Below are positions 10,903-21,415 of a stretch of 64,000 nucleotides of DNA, piece by piece. The notes under the pieces are model-generated. The model was given only the letters and a program-made list of their open reading frames with translations, was not told where the DNA came from and searched no databases. The stretch is from Tetramitus jugosus. Taxonomy: Eukaryota > Protista > Heterolobosea. Made by a program: the position numbers and the translations under genes. The stretch covers positions 62,001-126,000 of the forward strand of contig OW569384.1 of assembly GCA_937625935.1 (NCBI GenBank). Reading direction: 5' to 3'. The number at the start of each line of letters is the position of its first letter. The stretch's first letter is position 1.

Positions 10903-11349
10903 CTAGAGCGAGTTGTAAAGACTAGCTCCGGTTGGTGGTGATCGTCGGCGTATCGTATGTGGAAGAGGTGATTCCAATGGTTTTGGCACCATTTCATCAC
11001 TTTCAGCCAGGACCGTTTCTTTGATGGTTCGATAAATGTAGGCAAGACCGGACCTGCCAACCCGTGGTCTATCTGGGTGTAAAAAGGTTGGACCGAAAAT
11101 GCTTCCTGTATAACCACCCCACTCATAGAGAACATCATGTTCTTTGAAAATGTCTTGTCCGAGAACATGGAGAACAGAATCCAAGAGAGTTGTAAATCTT
11201 TGACCATCCATAATGACTGAACCGTCGACGTTCAATCGAGCTCGTTTCTCTCCAAATAAACTTGCCCGTAGGTCATCTGCTGTAATTGTTGTTTTGTTTC
11301 TCCTACTCGACAGAGCTTTTCTTTGTCGTTTTTTGCGAACCTTAAGCAA
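10903..11349 (-). pseudogene. ORF remnant without an N-terminal ATG, with a possible RAMA-like segment
   Basis: Starts at TTG. GEKRARLNVDGSVIMDGQRFTTL loosely resembles the RAMA pattern A.L..DG.I...G..F.S. Confidence 0.25.
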
Positions 11350-11390
11350 AGCAAAAGTTAAACCTGAAAACTGAAAAAAGTAAGTTGAAG

Positions 11391-12365
11391 ATGTCTCTCT
11401 CCGTTAATATCACTGAGATCCTTGAAGAAAACGAGAAAAAGCTGTTGAATGAGCTGAAGCCGAACGACTTGTTTATCAAGAACCTCAGAGAGAGTCCCAT
11501 TACTAAGACATTGAGTGAAGAGAACCAAAGAGCCTATGTGGGACTTGTAAAATCAATCGTGAAATCACACACTGTGAGTTCTAGTGTTGCTTTAAAAACA
11601 AAGTACTTCTTTGAAATTTCTTTTTCAACCAACATGCCTTTGACAGAGCCATTACATGAAGCCAACATTGGAGAGACCAACAAACAAGTCCACAGAGATT
11701 TAGTTAGAGAGCTGCCAGAGATTCGTCAAAGACTCGCCTTGCAGATTGTGGACATCGACCCCAATCTTGAGGAGCATGAGAGATTGGAGTTAGATAAATT
11801 GGATCTCCAGGCATTGTTTGTCACATTCATTCAGATGAGTGGCATTACTTTGAGAATTGAGGACAAAAAAGACCGTGTGATATACATTTCAAACGTGAAG
11901 AGATACTTGAAAGAGAAGTTGCAGGGACTCTCCAATAGCAATTTCTTGACCTCTTTGAGCGACATCCCACCTCCCAAGGTTGACGAAAGAATCCTATCGA
12001 ACCAAAAACAAGAAGAGAATTTTGTTATAGCTAACGAATTCGTTCGTTGTCGTCTACGCGAACATCTAGTAGATAGACAACTTAAAATCAAAGAGAGGCG
12101 TTTTCCAGTGCTTCTTGTTGTTTTATCTTTGTCAGTATACCTAGCTTGGATGGAAGTTAACTGGGAGAACTTTGTGTGGGGAAAATTTTACTCTGAATTT
12201 TATAGTAGTGTTGTGGAGACAAATTGTTATTGGTGCTGTTCCAATGCCTTTCTGAGAGTGGATTACAACCTGTTTTGGAAAATGGTTTCAAAAACAACTA
12301 CCAAAGGATGTTTACTAAAGATATCAAACTTCTTTTATTTTGTTTTTCTACCTACTGAGTACTGA
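11391..12365 (+). CDS. Hypothetical orphan protein in accessory island
   Basis: About 325-codon ORF with a helical, charged N-terminal two-thirds and no recognised motif; the 3' part may be degenerate. Confidence 0.45.
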   Translation: MSLSVNITEILEENEKKLLNELKPNDLFIKNLRESPITKTLSEENQRAYVGLVKSIVKSHTVSSSVALKTKYFFEISFSTNMPLTEPLHEANIGETNKQVHRDLVRELPEIRQRLALQIVDIDPNLEEHERLELDKLDLQALFVTFIQMSGITLRIEDKKDRVIYISNVKRYLKEKLQGLSNSNFLTSLSDIPPPKVDERILSNQKQEENFVIANEFVRCRLREHLVDRQLKIKERRFPVLLVVLSLSVYLAWMEVNWENFVWGKFYSEFYSSVVETNCYWCCSNAFLRVDYNLFWKMVSKTTTKGCLLKISNFFYFVFLPTEY

Positions 12366-13856
12366 CTTAACGGAGTCTGGTTGTCGATTCGTTCCTCAAG
12401 CTACTGGAGAAAGAATCTCATGATTCGGACCACTAGAATGAGTTGAACAGACTAACTCTGCTTGGTGACCGTCGGCATTGTTTTGACACCATATCATCCT
12501 CAGATAAGCTTCTTAGAGAAGGTATTGCCTTGAGAGCCACTTCGGGACACGAGACGGCGGAACACTGAATAAATTCCTGCCAAGGACCGAATCTCCAGTT
12601 TACAAATTGTTATCTTGTCAGGAGCTTTTGGTTTAACAACACCCTTTGGCCACTAAAAACAACTCGCACTACCTTTGGCTCCAAAGTACTATACTTGTTA
12701 CCTCAGTTCGTTTTGTATGTACACAACAAAGAACAATCGAGCACTAGGAGCCCAATATTTGTGTTCGTGGGTTGAGGCTCACTTGGAGCTTTAGGGTCAT
12801 TTTTCTCTTATTGATTTCTAACGAGTTTAATCGTCGTTAGTATCGTCTTATGAACTAAAATGAGATCTGTGAACGATTTGGCCAAACAGAACAGGAATCT
12901 TCCTTTCAAAGACGATTCCTTTCAATACGACGCAAGTGTCACTACCAACCGCCTTCACAAGATTTCCCTTCCAAAAAGCGGTAGGTGATGGTTCTTTAAT
13001 TCATGATCGGATGAATGATTCTGTTGACATTGCACCAAAGGTATTCATTCCCATGTATAAGTATTATCCTACAGTGAGGCCGTGGTATGTTCCTTTGACT
13101 CTTTCATTGTCCTCACCAAAAACAATTCCTCAGATATTGGCTGTCCCGGTAAGAATTGCAACCATGCTCGCACTGAGAGATTCATTTGGTCTCAATTTGA
13201 ATATCATTAATCGATTGCACCATTTGGAGGTAATTCTTGCATTATTGAAATGTATTAGGGAGCATCAGTGAAAGTGGAGAGTTTCTGGGTAACGCCATTT
13301 CGACATCACAAGTTAAATTTCCAAATTTTAGACGCTCAAAATGCTAAGACCAGACACTAAACTTATCTCTAGAACAGACTCATGAATAAGAGTCTCTTAC
13401 CGAACATATGGAGCTGAAAGAAACAGTTATATGTTCAAAGATATTGCGACCAAATGCTCCACTCATTCTCACTGAGGTTTTCTTTTCGAATTTGACAAGC
13501 GCTTGGCATCGTTTGCTAATTATTCTCGTCATGGTCAGACGGTAGTTCTATTAAGATGCAAAGAACTTCTTGCTGGCCTAGACCGCTCCATCTCTCTTTC
13601 CAGGATCAGAGTTCTCCAGCAGGGTTCACCCTTCATTTCCTTCACATTTGCTTCTCTACCTTCGATTGAATCCCTAAAAACCATCTCTCAAAGGAGAAGA
13701 CCACTGTCGACAAAGGAGAGCCGCATTCGCAGCCACTAAAAAGATACCAAGAGGGCTTGTCCGGAATAGAAATCTGTTGTCGTCTGATTTTACTGTTGGA
13801 AGGTTGAAAATAAGTTTGCAACAACACAAAACAGAAAAAGAAAGAACAACTGGGAG

Positions 13857-15071
13857 ATGAATAGCCTACCACAACAACAACAACAACGACCCTCCTCAAG
13901 CACTAACAAAACTCAGAAGAGTTATCTTCTGTTTCTGTTGATTGTTTCTGCCATTTCCTACTTGTCTTTCTTGTTGGTTCGTCAATGGTCCTCTCTGTCC
14001 CTTCATTCACAGTGTGTGATTCCTGAACAACCATCACTTGAAGACACCAGCACTAAAGAATTGTCAGTCGCGGAGAATGTCAGTTCCTTGCTTGAAAAAC
14101 ACGCCAACATTTTAATGGCCCTTCGCGGTCGCATCATTCCAAGTAAGGAAAATGCCAAGCCCGTCAAGGCGGAAAGAGCACAGTTGGCCAACAATAGGAC
14201 ATCGCGCATCGGGCGGACAATCGTTCCGACTCAAAAGTTGAAGGAGTTGCTGGAACAATCAAAACAATCTCTGTCCGAGGTGGAAGTCATTGAATTCTTG
14301 GGGCGTCAGCCAACGAGGGAAGAACAGTTGTTGATTGCTGACTATGTGTTCGAAAAACAGAGAGAAAAGGCCAAGTATTGGATCCAAAGAATTGAAAGTG
14401 GTGAGGAAGTGTCTCAATGGGATGTGTTTTCAGTGTATGAGCCAATCGTTTCATGTGAGACAGTGAACCGAATCGGTCGCAAGGAAGATGGAGGTAAATG
14501 GTTGTGCGATGCTTGGAAACTCATTCCAACCAATTTGAAAAGAAGATGTGTTGTTTACTCGTGGGGAAGCAGAAACGAACTATCATTCGAGGAAGATTTG
14601 ATTGGAAACTTTGGATGTGTTGTTCATACATTTGATCCAACACAGGATGTGCCTTCGACCTCTCCCAATCTTCCACCATCTCAATATTCCTTCCACTCTT
14701 GGGGATTGGGACCTGATCCAAACGGTTTAATGACTCTGGGAGAATTGCCTCTGAAAACTCTGACGCAGACCATGGAAGAACTGGGACATCAGACTGTGGA
14801 TATTCAAAAGATTGATTGTGAGAGATGTGAGGTCAATGGATTGGGCATTATCTTCGACTCAGCTGAACACACAGAGAAATTCAAAGCCTCCAGTCCCAAA
14901 ATGATTCTCTTGGAGACACATGCATCGGTGGAAGATTCAAAGGATCATATGCTCAAGCTGATTGAGGGACTGAAGAAATTGGGTTTTTACATGTTCTACG
15001 TTGAGAGAAATTCAGCTTGTGATGTTTGCCGAGAGTTTGCCTTTGTCCACGCCGATTATTTCCTGGAATAA
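13857..15071 (+). CDS. Methyltransf_22/METTL24-like type II membrane methyltransferase, copy A
   Basis: N-terminal TM helix; RIGRKEDGGKWLC, CVVYSWGS, SFEEDL, CVVHTFDPT, LKTLTQTMEELGH.VDIQKIDCE, CREFAFV. Confidence 0.88.
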   Translation: MNSLPQQQQQRPSSSTNKTQKSYLLFLLIVSAISYLSFLLVRQWSSLSLHSQCVIPEQPSLEDTSTKELSVAENVSSLLEKHANILMALRGRIIPSKENAKPVKAERAQLANNRTSRIGRTIVPTQKLKELLEQSKQSLSEVEVIEFLGRQPTREEQLLIADYVFEKQREKAKYWIQRIESGEEVSQWDVFSVYEPIVSCETVNRIGRKEDGGKWLCDAWKLIPTNLKRRCVVYSWGSRNELSFEEDLIGNFGCVVHTFDPTQDVPSTSPNLPPSQYSFHSWGLGPDPNGLMTLGELPLKTLTQTMEELGHQTVDIQKIDCERCEVNGLGIIFDSAEHTEKFKASSPKMILLETHASVEDSKDHMLKLIEGLKKLGFYMFYVERNSACDVCREFAFVHADYFLE

Positions 15072-15100
15072 AGCTTGGATAATACTTTAATCTAGAACAC

Positions 15101-15156
15101 AAAATGGACAATTCGAAACGACTTTCTCATCCAACAATGCTCTGCACGTCAATATG
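15101..15156. repeat. Degenerate, partly inverted copy of 17788-17859 (3' end of the M29-like gene)
   Basis: AAAATGGACAATTC is the reverse complement of GAATTGTCCATTTT (17788-17801). The following AAACGACTTTCTCATCCAACAATGCTCTGCACGTCAATATG matches 17805-17859 with small deletions. Confidence 0.8.
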
Positions 15157-15204
15157 ATCGGGAGGAAAGTCGTTTATCTTATGTACCAGGAAGTGACCTC
15201 TCAT

Positions 15205-16401
15205 TCAATAGTCTTCCAGAAGGAAATCGGAATGAGCAAAGAAGAATTGACCCACTGTTGGAGATTGAGGGCTATCTCTGGAGTACATGTAGTATCCGAG
15301 TTCCATCAAATGCTCAGTGATGGCACTAAGGATTGTCATTTGATTTCTAGAACAGTTAATACCATGGAAATGAATGTCAATCATCTTCACTTTGAGTTGT
15401 TCCAAAACAGAGCCACTGTGAGCAATCCACTTCTTGGCCAAGGCCACATTTTCTTCATCAAGATCAATCTTCAAAACGTCAACTCTAGTTAAACGGGTCT
15501 TTTGAATTACATCTGATAATAACAAGTCACTGATCGGTTGAATGTTGACAATAGTGAGTCCCTTGATTGGTTCAACAAGGTCGAAAGAATCTTGTAAGAT
15601 AACAGTCATATCGCAGTCCATTCTATGCAAAACATCCTTCAAGAAGGGATGAACTTTTAAATTGGAGCTCTTCTTCCAATCACGAGCATCCTGTCTCGAT
15701 CCAAAGACCAACATGGAGCACTTATGTCCCAGATTTGCCTCAGTCAACTTGTACGCATCACAAATCTTACTGGTCGTGAGACTTCTATCGTAATTACCAA
15801 TTGGTGTCAGAGTTCGACAACTCACAACAGGATCAAACACGGCATAGAATCGATTGGGATCCTGTCCTCGATACGTTAACGAATCTTTCACTTGTTCTTT
15901 CACAAGATACTTCCCTACAACAAGCTTGTCTGCCATCGAAGGTCTCTGAGGGATGCTTCCCAACCATGATGTATGTATACTTTTAGAAGCAGGGAGAGTC
16001 AAAATGTGGCTCATAATATTTCGCAATCCTTCACTTTCTTTCGATTTTGGCACATTCCCAGCAGACGAAGAAGAAGGAGCATCAACAACAACAACAACAG
16101 GCGAGATTGGTGGAGTCATCTTTAGGGATTCAATAGAGTTTTCCATCAGTTCAGCAAGCGTGTTCATTTCTTTCACCTTTGCTTCTAATCCGAGAATCGA
16201 GAACAACAATGCATCTCTGCTCGTGGGAGTCGATGGGTTGTTGCTCGATGGTGCTGCTGAGGATACGGGAGGAGGTGGAGGTGGAGCGACCAAGAACCAC
16301 TGCTGACAAAAGAGAACAGCATTCGCAGTGATTAAAATGATACCAATGATGAGACTTGTCTGGAAAAGCATGTGTTGTAGTTGTTTTTTTTTTGGAAGCA
16401 T
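15205..16401 (-). CDS. Divergent Methyltransf_22-like type II membrane protein, copy C
   Basis: N-terminal TM helix. VFDPVVSCRTLTPIG, KICDAYKL, VDVLKIDLD and LGYYMY...FFFAHSDFLLE align by eye with the two flanking paralogs. Confidence 0.75.
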   Translation of the reverse strand: MLPKKKQLQHMLFQTSLIIGIILITANAVLFCQQWFLVAPPPPPPVSSAAPSSNNPSTPTSRDALLFSILGLEAKVKEMNTLAELMENSIESLKMTPPISPVVVVVDAPSSSSAGNVPKSKESEGLRNIMSHILTLPASKSIHTSWLGSIPQRPSMADKLVVGKYLVKEQVKDSLTYRGQDPNRFYAVFDPVVSCRTLTPIGNYDRSLTTSKICDAYKLTEANLGHKCSMLVFGSRQDARDWKKSSNLKVHPFLKDVLHRMDCDMTVILQDSFDLVEPIKGLTIVNIQPISDLLLSDVIQKTRLTRVDVLKIDLDEENVALAKKWIAHSGSVLEQLKVKMIDIHFHGINCSRNQMTILSAITEHLMELGYYMYSRDSPQSPTVGQFFFAHSDFLLEDY

Positions 16402-16533
16402 CGATTGAGTGAGGCGGTTTTTTTTGGGTTATGTGACCCCGATTACTGTGTGATCCGCCTAAAAAGAGTTCATTTGGAGCTTCCAACTAAGTTTTCTGGG
16501 TTTTTAAAACCTCTAAAAACAACGAATAACACA

Positions 16534-17757
16534 ATGGAGCTGAATAGTACTACCTCACAAAATCGATCAAGCCCTAACAAAACACAAAAGAGTTATCTTT
16601 TGTTTCTGTTGATTGTTTCAGCCATTTCCTACTTGTCTTTCTTGTTGGTTCGTCAATGGGGCTCTTTGTCTCTTTCTGTATCCGATTGTGTCATTCCTGT
16701 CGAACCAATGGAAGAAACTACTTCATTCACCACCAGAAACACAAAAGAATTTTTGGTTGCAGAGAATGTTGGTAAATTGATTGAGAAGCACTCCCATCTG
16801 CTGATGGCTGTTCGTCAAAAGATAGAGAGGAATAAGGTGGATAACAAGTCCACCAGCGACGAAAAAGGACGTGCCGAAACTCGGGCCCAAACCAGTCCGA
16901 GGACAATTGTTTCGACTCAAAAGTTGAAGGAGTTGCTGGAGCAATCAAAACAATCTCTGTCCGAGGTGGAAGTCATTGAATTCTTGGGGCGTCAGCCAAC
17001 GAGGGAAGAACAGTTGTTGATTGCGGACTATGTGTTCGAAAAACAGAGAGAAAAGGCCAAGTATTGGATTCAGAAAATTGAAAGTGGTGAGGAAGTGTCT
17101 CAATGGGATGTATTTTCAGTGTATGAGCCAGTCGTGTCATGTGAGACTGTGAACCGAATCGGTCGCAAGGAAGATGGAGGTAAATGGTTGTGCGATGCTT
17201 GGAAACTCATTCCCACTAATTTGAAAAGAAGATGTGTTGTTTACTCGTGGGGAAGCAGAAACGAGCTATCATTCGAGGAAGATTTGATTGGAAACTTTGG
17301 ATGTGTTGTTCATACATTTGATCCAACACAGGATGTGCCTTCGACCTCTCCCAAACTTCCACCATCTCAATATTCCTTCCACTCTTGGGGATTGGGACCT
17401 GATCCAAAAGGTCTAATGACTCTGGGAAAATTGCCTCTGAAAACTCTGACGCAGACCATGGAAGAACTGGGGCATCAGACTGTGGATATTCAAAAGATTG
17501 ATTGTGAGAAGTGTGAGGTCAATGGATTGGGCATTGTCTTCGACTCAGCTGAACACACAGAGAAATTCAAAGCCTCCAGTCCAAAAATGATTCTCTTGGA
17601 GACACATGCACGTGTAGAGGATTCAAAGGATCATATGCTCAAGCTGATTGAGGGACTGAAGAAATTGGGTTTTTACATGTTCTACGTTGAGAGAAATTCA
17701 GCTTGTGCTTTCTGTCGCGAGTTTGCCTTTGTCCACGCTGATTATTTCCTAAAGTAA
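16534..17757 (+). CDS. Methyltransf_22/METTL24-like type II membrane methyltransferase, copy B
   Basis: Near-identical to copy A in the TM segment and from RTIV.TQKLKELL to the end; ATG at 16534. Confidence 0.88.
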   Translation: MELNSTTSQNRSSPNKTQKSYLLFLLIVSAISYLSFLLVRQWGSLSLSVSDCVIPVEPMEETTSFTTRNTKEFLVAENVGKLIEKHSHLLMAVRQKIERNKVDNKSTSDEKGRAETRAQTSPRTIVSTQKLKELLEQSKQSLSEVEVIEFLGRQPTREEQLLIADYVFEKQREKAKYWIQKIESGEEVSQWDVFSVYEPVVSCETVNRIGRKEDGGKWLCDAWKLIPTNLKRRCVVYSWGSRNELSFEEDLIGNFGCVVHTFDPTQDVPSTSPKLPPSQYSFHSWGLGPDPKGLMTLGKLPLKTLTQTMEELGHQTVDIQKIDCEKCEVNGLGIVFDSAEHTEKFKASSPKMILLETHARVEDSKDHMLKLIEGLKKLGFYMFYVERNSACAFCREFAFVHADYFLK

Positions 17758-17778
17758 GGGATACATGCCACTCATACC

Positions 17779-19167
17779 TCAGACCCTGAATTGTCCATTT
17801 TTGTAAACGACTTGCTCGTCCATAACAATACTCTGCACGTCGAGGAAAACGTCAATATGGAATCGCGTACGCTTCTTTTTGATCTCTGGCTTACTGAACA
17901 CCGTGTGCTTCTTGCCCAATGATATGTGCAATCCTTTTTGGCGCTCGAATGCTGTGACATCGTTCAAAGGATTCCGTTTGCTTGGTCCTTCATTGAGACC
18001 TATGCCAAACTCACGCACAACAACTTCTCCCTCGCCCTCGCCAATCAATTGAAGCACCTTTGTAAATGATTCTGGAGCATCGGGTGCAATCCATGTGACA
18101 AATCCCCTTTCTATGCGTATCTTGAATGGTTTCTCTAATATTTCAACTTTTCGTTCAATGTTTGGAAAACCAAAGACATAGGCTTCACCGGACACTGCAG
18201 ACAAATCCCGCGGTTCCGTAAACACTTCTCCCACAGGAAACGTTCCACCTACATTCTTCATTCCACTATAGTCACCCAAATTTAACAATGCAGGTTCCAT
18301 TGGTGTATCATACACCAATGTTGCCATTTGTTCCTCTTCTTCTTCTCCTGCTTGTTGTTGTTTAGAGCTTCCAGATGGTGGTTGTGATTGTGATCCAGTG
18401 TAAACAATGAATCGATTCGAACTGTGAATCTTGTCCTTGAGTTTATGAGCCAACTGAGATCCATTAGGTGCCGTATGATCAAACGCCAGTGAATCAACAT
18501 AGGTAGCATATTGTTCGTGAGGCATGAGACCCAAGTGAACATGCTCAATCGTCTTTAATCCCCTATCAAACAATTCCAATCGAATTCTGTACTCGTTCAA
18601 ATAGAATGCACCAGTCTGTATCAACACAACGAGATCACCACTCGAAAATTGAGATTGGACCATGGTTTTAATCGTATCCACATTGGATTCATCAAAATTC
18701 ATCATGATTAATTTTGAGTTATTGTTGTTGTTGTTGTTGTGATTGTGTGTGACATTTGTTGTTGTTGTTGCGAGAAGATGAGAATGAGCATCAGAGTAAC
18801 ACTTGGTCAACACTTTGCACAAGTCACATTGTTGATCAAAGAGGACGAATAGAGTGTGGATGGACGGGTTGAATTGGATTGAATTTTTCAATATTTGAAT
18901 AATGTGTTGTGTGCCCAAAGTGTGCAATGAATCATAATTGACTGCGACATGTGGTTGTGGTTGTGGTTGTTGTTGTTGTTGTTGTTGTTGATGATGATTA
19001 TTCGTGTGGTGCAATGATGCTGATGAGTGAAACAGTTGATTGTTGTTGTTGGCAGAGATTGGGGTATGGAAGAGAGGAAATGGTCGATGATAACAATTCG
19101 GTAATATTGGTACCAAACGTCTTCTCGTGGTGCTGCATGCCACCACTCTTCTGCATGCTTGTCTCAT
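17779..19167 (-). CDS. M29-like (aminopeptidase T/thermophilic metalloprotease fold) peptidase with probable mitochondrial presequence
   Basis: GTFPVGEVFTEP, REFGIGLN, FERQKGLHISLG and FHIDVF supply Glu/His/Asp metal-ligand motifs; Arg-rich N-terminus MRQACRRVV. Confidence 0.75.
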   Translation of the reverse strand: MRQACRRVVACSTTRRRLVPILPNCYHRPFPLFHTPISANNNNQLFHSSASLHHTNNHHQQQQQQQQPQPQPHVAVNYDSLHTLGTQHIIQILKNSIQFNPSIHTLFVLFDQQCDLCKVLTKCYSDAHSHLLATTTTNVTHNHNNNNNNNSKLIMMNFDESNVDTIKTMVQSQFSSGDLVVLIQTGAFYLNEYRIRLELFDRGLKTIEHVHLGLMPHEQYATYVDSLAFDHTAPNGSQLAHKLKDKIHSSNRFIVYTGSQSQPPSGSSKQQQAGEEEEEQMATLVYDTPMEPALLNLGDYSGMKNVGGTFPVGEVFTEPRDLSAVSGEAYVFGFPNIERKVEILEKPFKIRIERGFVTWIAPDAPESFTKVLQLIGEGEGEVVVREFGIGLNEGPSKRNPLNDVTAFERQKGLHISLGKKHTVFSKPEIKKKRTRFHIDVFLDVQSIVMDEQVVYKNGQFRV

Positions 19168-19254
19168 TGTTTTTGCCGCTCTTTTCCATTGATTATTTAT
19201 CCGAATGTCGGCTGGCCGTTTTTTTGTTGAAACAAAAAAAAATAACGATCCCAA

Positions 19255-21290
19255 ATGTCAACGACAATGATGATGAGCGATATAGATGAGCAAGTTCCAA
19301 CGGATCACACCCTCCACGAGTCATCATCATCACCAACTACCACCTCTACTCCAATAACAACAACAACAACAACAGCTGATCTTAAGCTCTATGAGAACAA
19401 ATTGTCAGAATATGATTCCATTATGCATCCCAATGTGATTCAACTGCTCTCATCATACATATCAAGTGGTGGAGATCCAAGTGTGGCCATTACCAAGTTG
19501 ATCAATGGTTACAAGGGATATGCTCAAATGTCCAATTTAATCTTATCATGGATGACGTATGTATCAGATTGTTTTTCATGATTTTTTCATCCTATATATA
19601 TATGTTCACTTTGACACACCACTCCATCCATATTCAATTTCATGTGCCAACACTATGATGATCATTTTTCATCCTTATTATGATGATGATGACGACGACC
19701 ATGACTATGACTCCTCATTCAAATATATGTAGTATGATTGGATTTGATAAGCAAGAGCTCAATGATATCATTGTTCAGTTTTTGAAGAGCGAAATTCGAG
19801 AACATTTTGATGCAAAAAAGGCTGATGCCATCTTTGTGTTGACGAACAATGTGCCTCAATGGTTGGACTTTATGATTTCTCATAGCGATTGGAGAAGTTT
19901 CATTTATGAAATGTCGGAGAAATATCCTCATTGTGTGTTGCTGTCATTTGCGATTCAAAGAATTAGTGAGTTGGGTCATCACAGTGAGATTACATCGGTC
20001 ACTTCGGCTTCTTCGTCATTCCGAGTGTTTCATCGAGTGCTGGGCGATGCATTGGACAATTTGATTACGGTGAATGAAGACATGTTGGATCACTCATCTG
20101 CTTTCCACGATTTCAAGAAGGTGTGCTGTTTCTCGGAGCACACATATATTCATGCACAGTGCTATCTGCAAACGTTGATTAAGAATGTGGAGAATGGTGC
20201 ATTGTTTAAGCGATTGTCCGAAGAATTGGAAGCTCATTTGATTCGAGAGGGAAAGACGACAGAAACATCGATTCGCAAGATTTGCTTGCTCTTTTCAGAG
20301 TATGATTATCGATTGGCAGAAGTGCAACAGCAGAACAATCAGAGGAGATCTCAAATGAGTGATGTCGCAACAGCGCTATTGTCGATGCTGACAGCTCATG
20401 CGACAAATCCTGCTGATATTTCCAAGATTCACAAGTGCTACACGTCACCTAATCCACCGCCAGTATCCTTCCTGCATCATCCAGACATCTTTCAGCTATT
20501 TATTAATGATTTATTTGATCCGTCGAAGAAGATTCCACTTGCTCATCAAATCAAGTATATCCACGTGCTTGCATTGGCAGCCAGTACGAGCGACAATGAC
20601 ATAACTAGACAACAACAGAGAATGAACGAAATTACGCAAGGCTTACAAGCCACGATTCAAGTTTGTACCAACAAAAACTCGCCTCTCAATCTAACAAAGT
20701 CAGTTTCGGCGTTTAGGAAATACATGGGCATCAATATTGTGGCATTAGGTGTTCTGCACTGGATAACAGTGGTATTTGCTGACTCTGAACACTCGGTTTC
20801 AGTGTACACAATGAACAATACCAAGATGTATATGGCTCTGTTGAAGGAGATTGCCTATCTACATGTTCCTTTGCGGCCCAACGTGCTTGATGTTGTGCAC
20901 AAGTGCTTCGAAATGAAAAATGATCTGGATGCCCTTCATGCCGTTGAGATAAAGCGCGTGTATGTGGAGGTGTTCATGTACTTGTTACAATTGGGATATG
21001 TGATACCTACCATGCAGACATTGAACCGAATTGTGAAAGATCAACTGGACTTGGCTCTCATTCGGAGCATTGTATCACAATTGATTGAAATGATTGAGGA
21101 GCCATACTCTGAACAGTTTGTGGACATATTTGTGGACATATTGTGCACAAACCACGCCGTTGACTCGCTCAAGAAGATTTCTAGCACTCTACGACCATTT
21201 GTACAGCATCTGCTTCACAGTTCAGTACACAAGGCACATCTGTTGCCCCCCAATCTCAAGATCCTGAGCGAATACATGCAGTCCCAATAA
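19255..21290 (+). CDS. NELFCD: Negative elongation factor C/D (TH1-like), 2 exons, intron 19557..19732
   Basis: DSIMHPNV...YISSGGDP...GYKGYAQMSNL, FDAKKADAIF, PQWLDFMISHSDWRSFIYEMSEKYPHCVLLSFAIQRISELGH, CCFSEHTYIHAQ, NPADISKI, PPPVSFL, KYIHVLALAAS, IEEPYSEQFV. Confidence 0.93.
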
Positions 21291-21294
21291 AAAG

Positions 21295-21365
21295 TTCTCC
21301 TAGGTGGAATCGAACCACCGTCAACGGATTCAAAGTCCGCTATCATACCACTAGACCATAGGAGA
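21295..21365 (-). tRNA. trnQ-UUG: tRNA-Gln(UUG)
   Basis: Cloverleaf TCTCCTA TG GTCT AGTGGTA TGAT A GCGGA CTTTGAA TCCGT TGAC GGTGG TTCGATT CCACC TAGGAGA A, followed by a T5 Pol III terminator at 21293..21289. Confidence 0.95.
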
Positions 21366-21415
21366 GTGATATTTGAAGAATATGTTTGTAAAATCACGGT
21401 CTGTGAAAAACTTGT

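Noticed and set aside
10941-10961. HIRYADD, a reverse-transcriptase-like motif in ORF 10731..11207 (-)
   Set aside because: No upstream PQG-type motif or other RT blocks, and the residues after DD are HHQP rather than hydrophobic; most likely chance.
19557-19732. Possible C/D snoRNA in the NELF intron (TGATGA words)
   Set aside because: The TGATGA words belong to a GAT microsatellite, and there is no CTGA D box or terminal stem.
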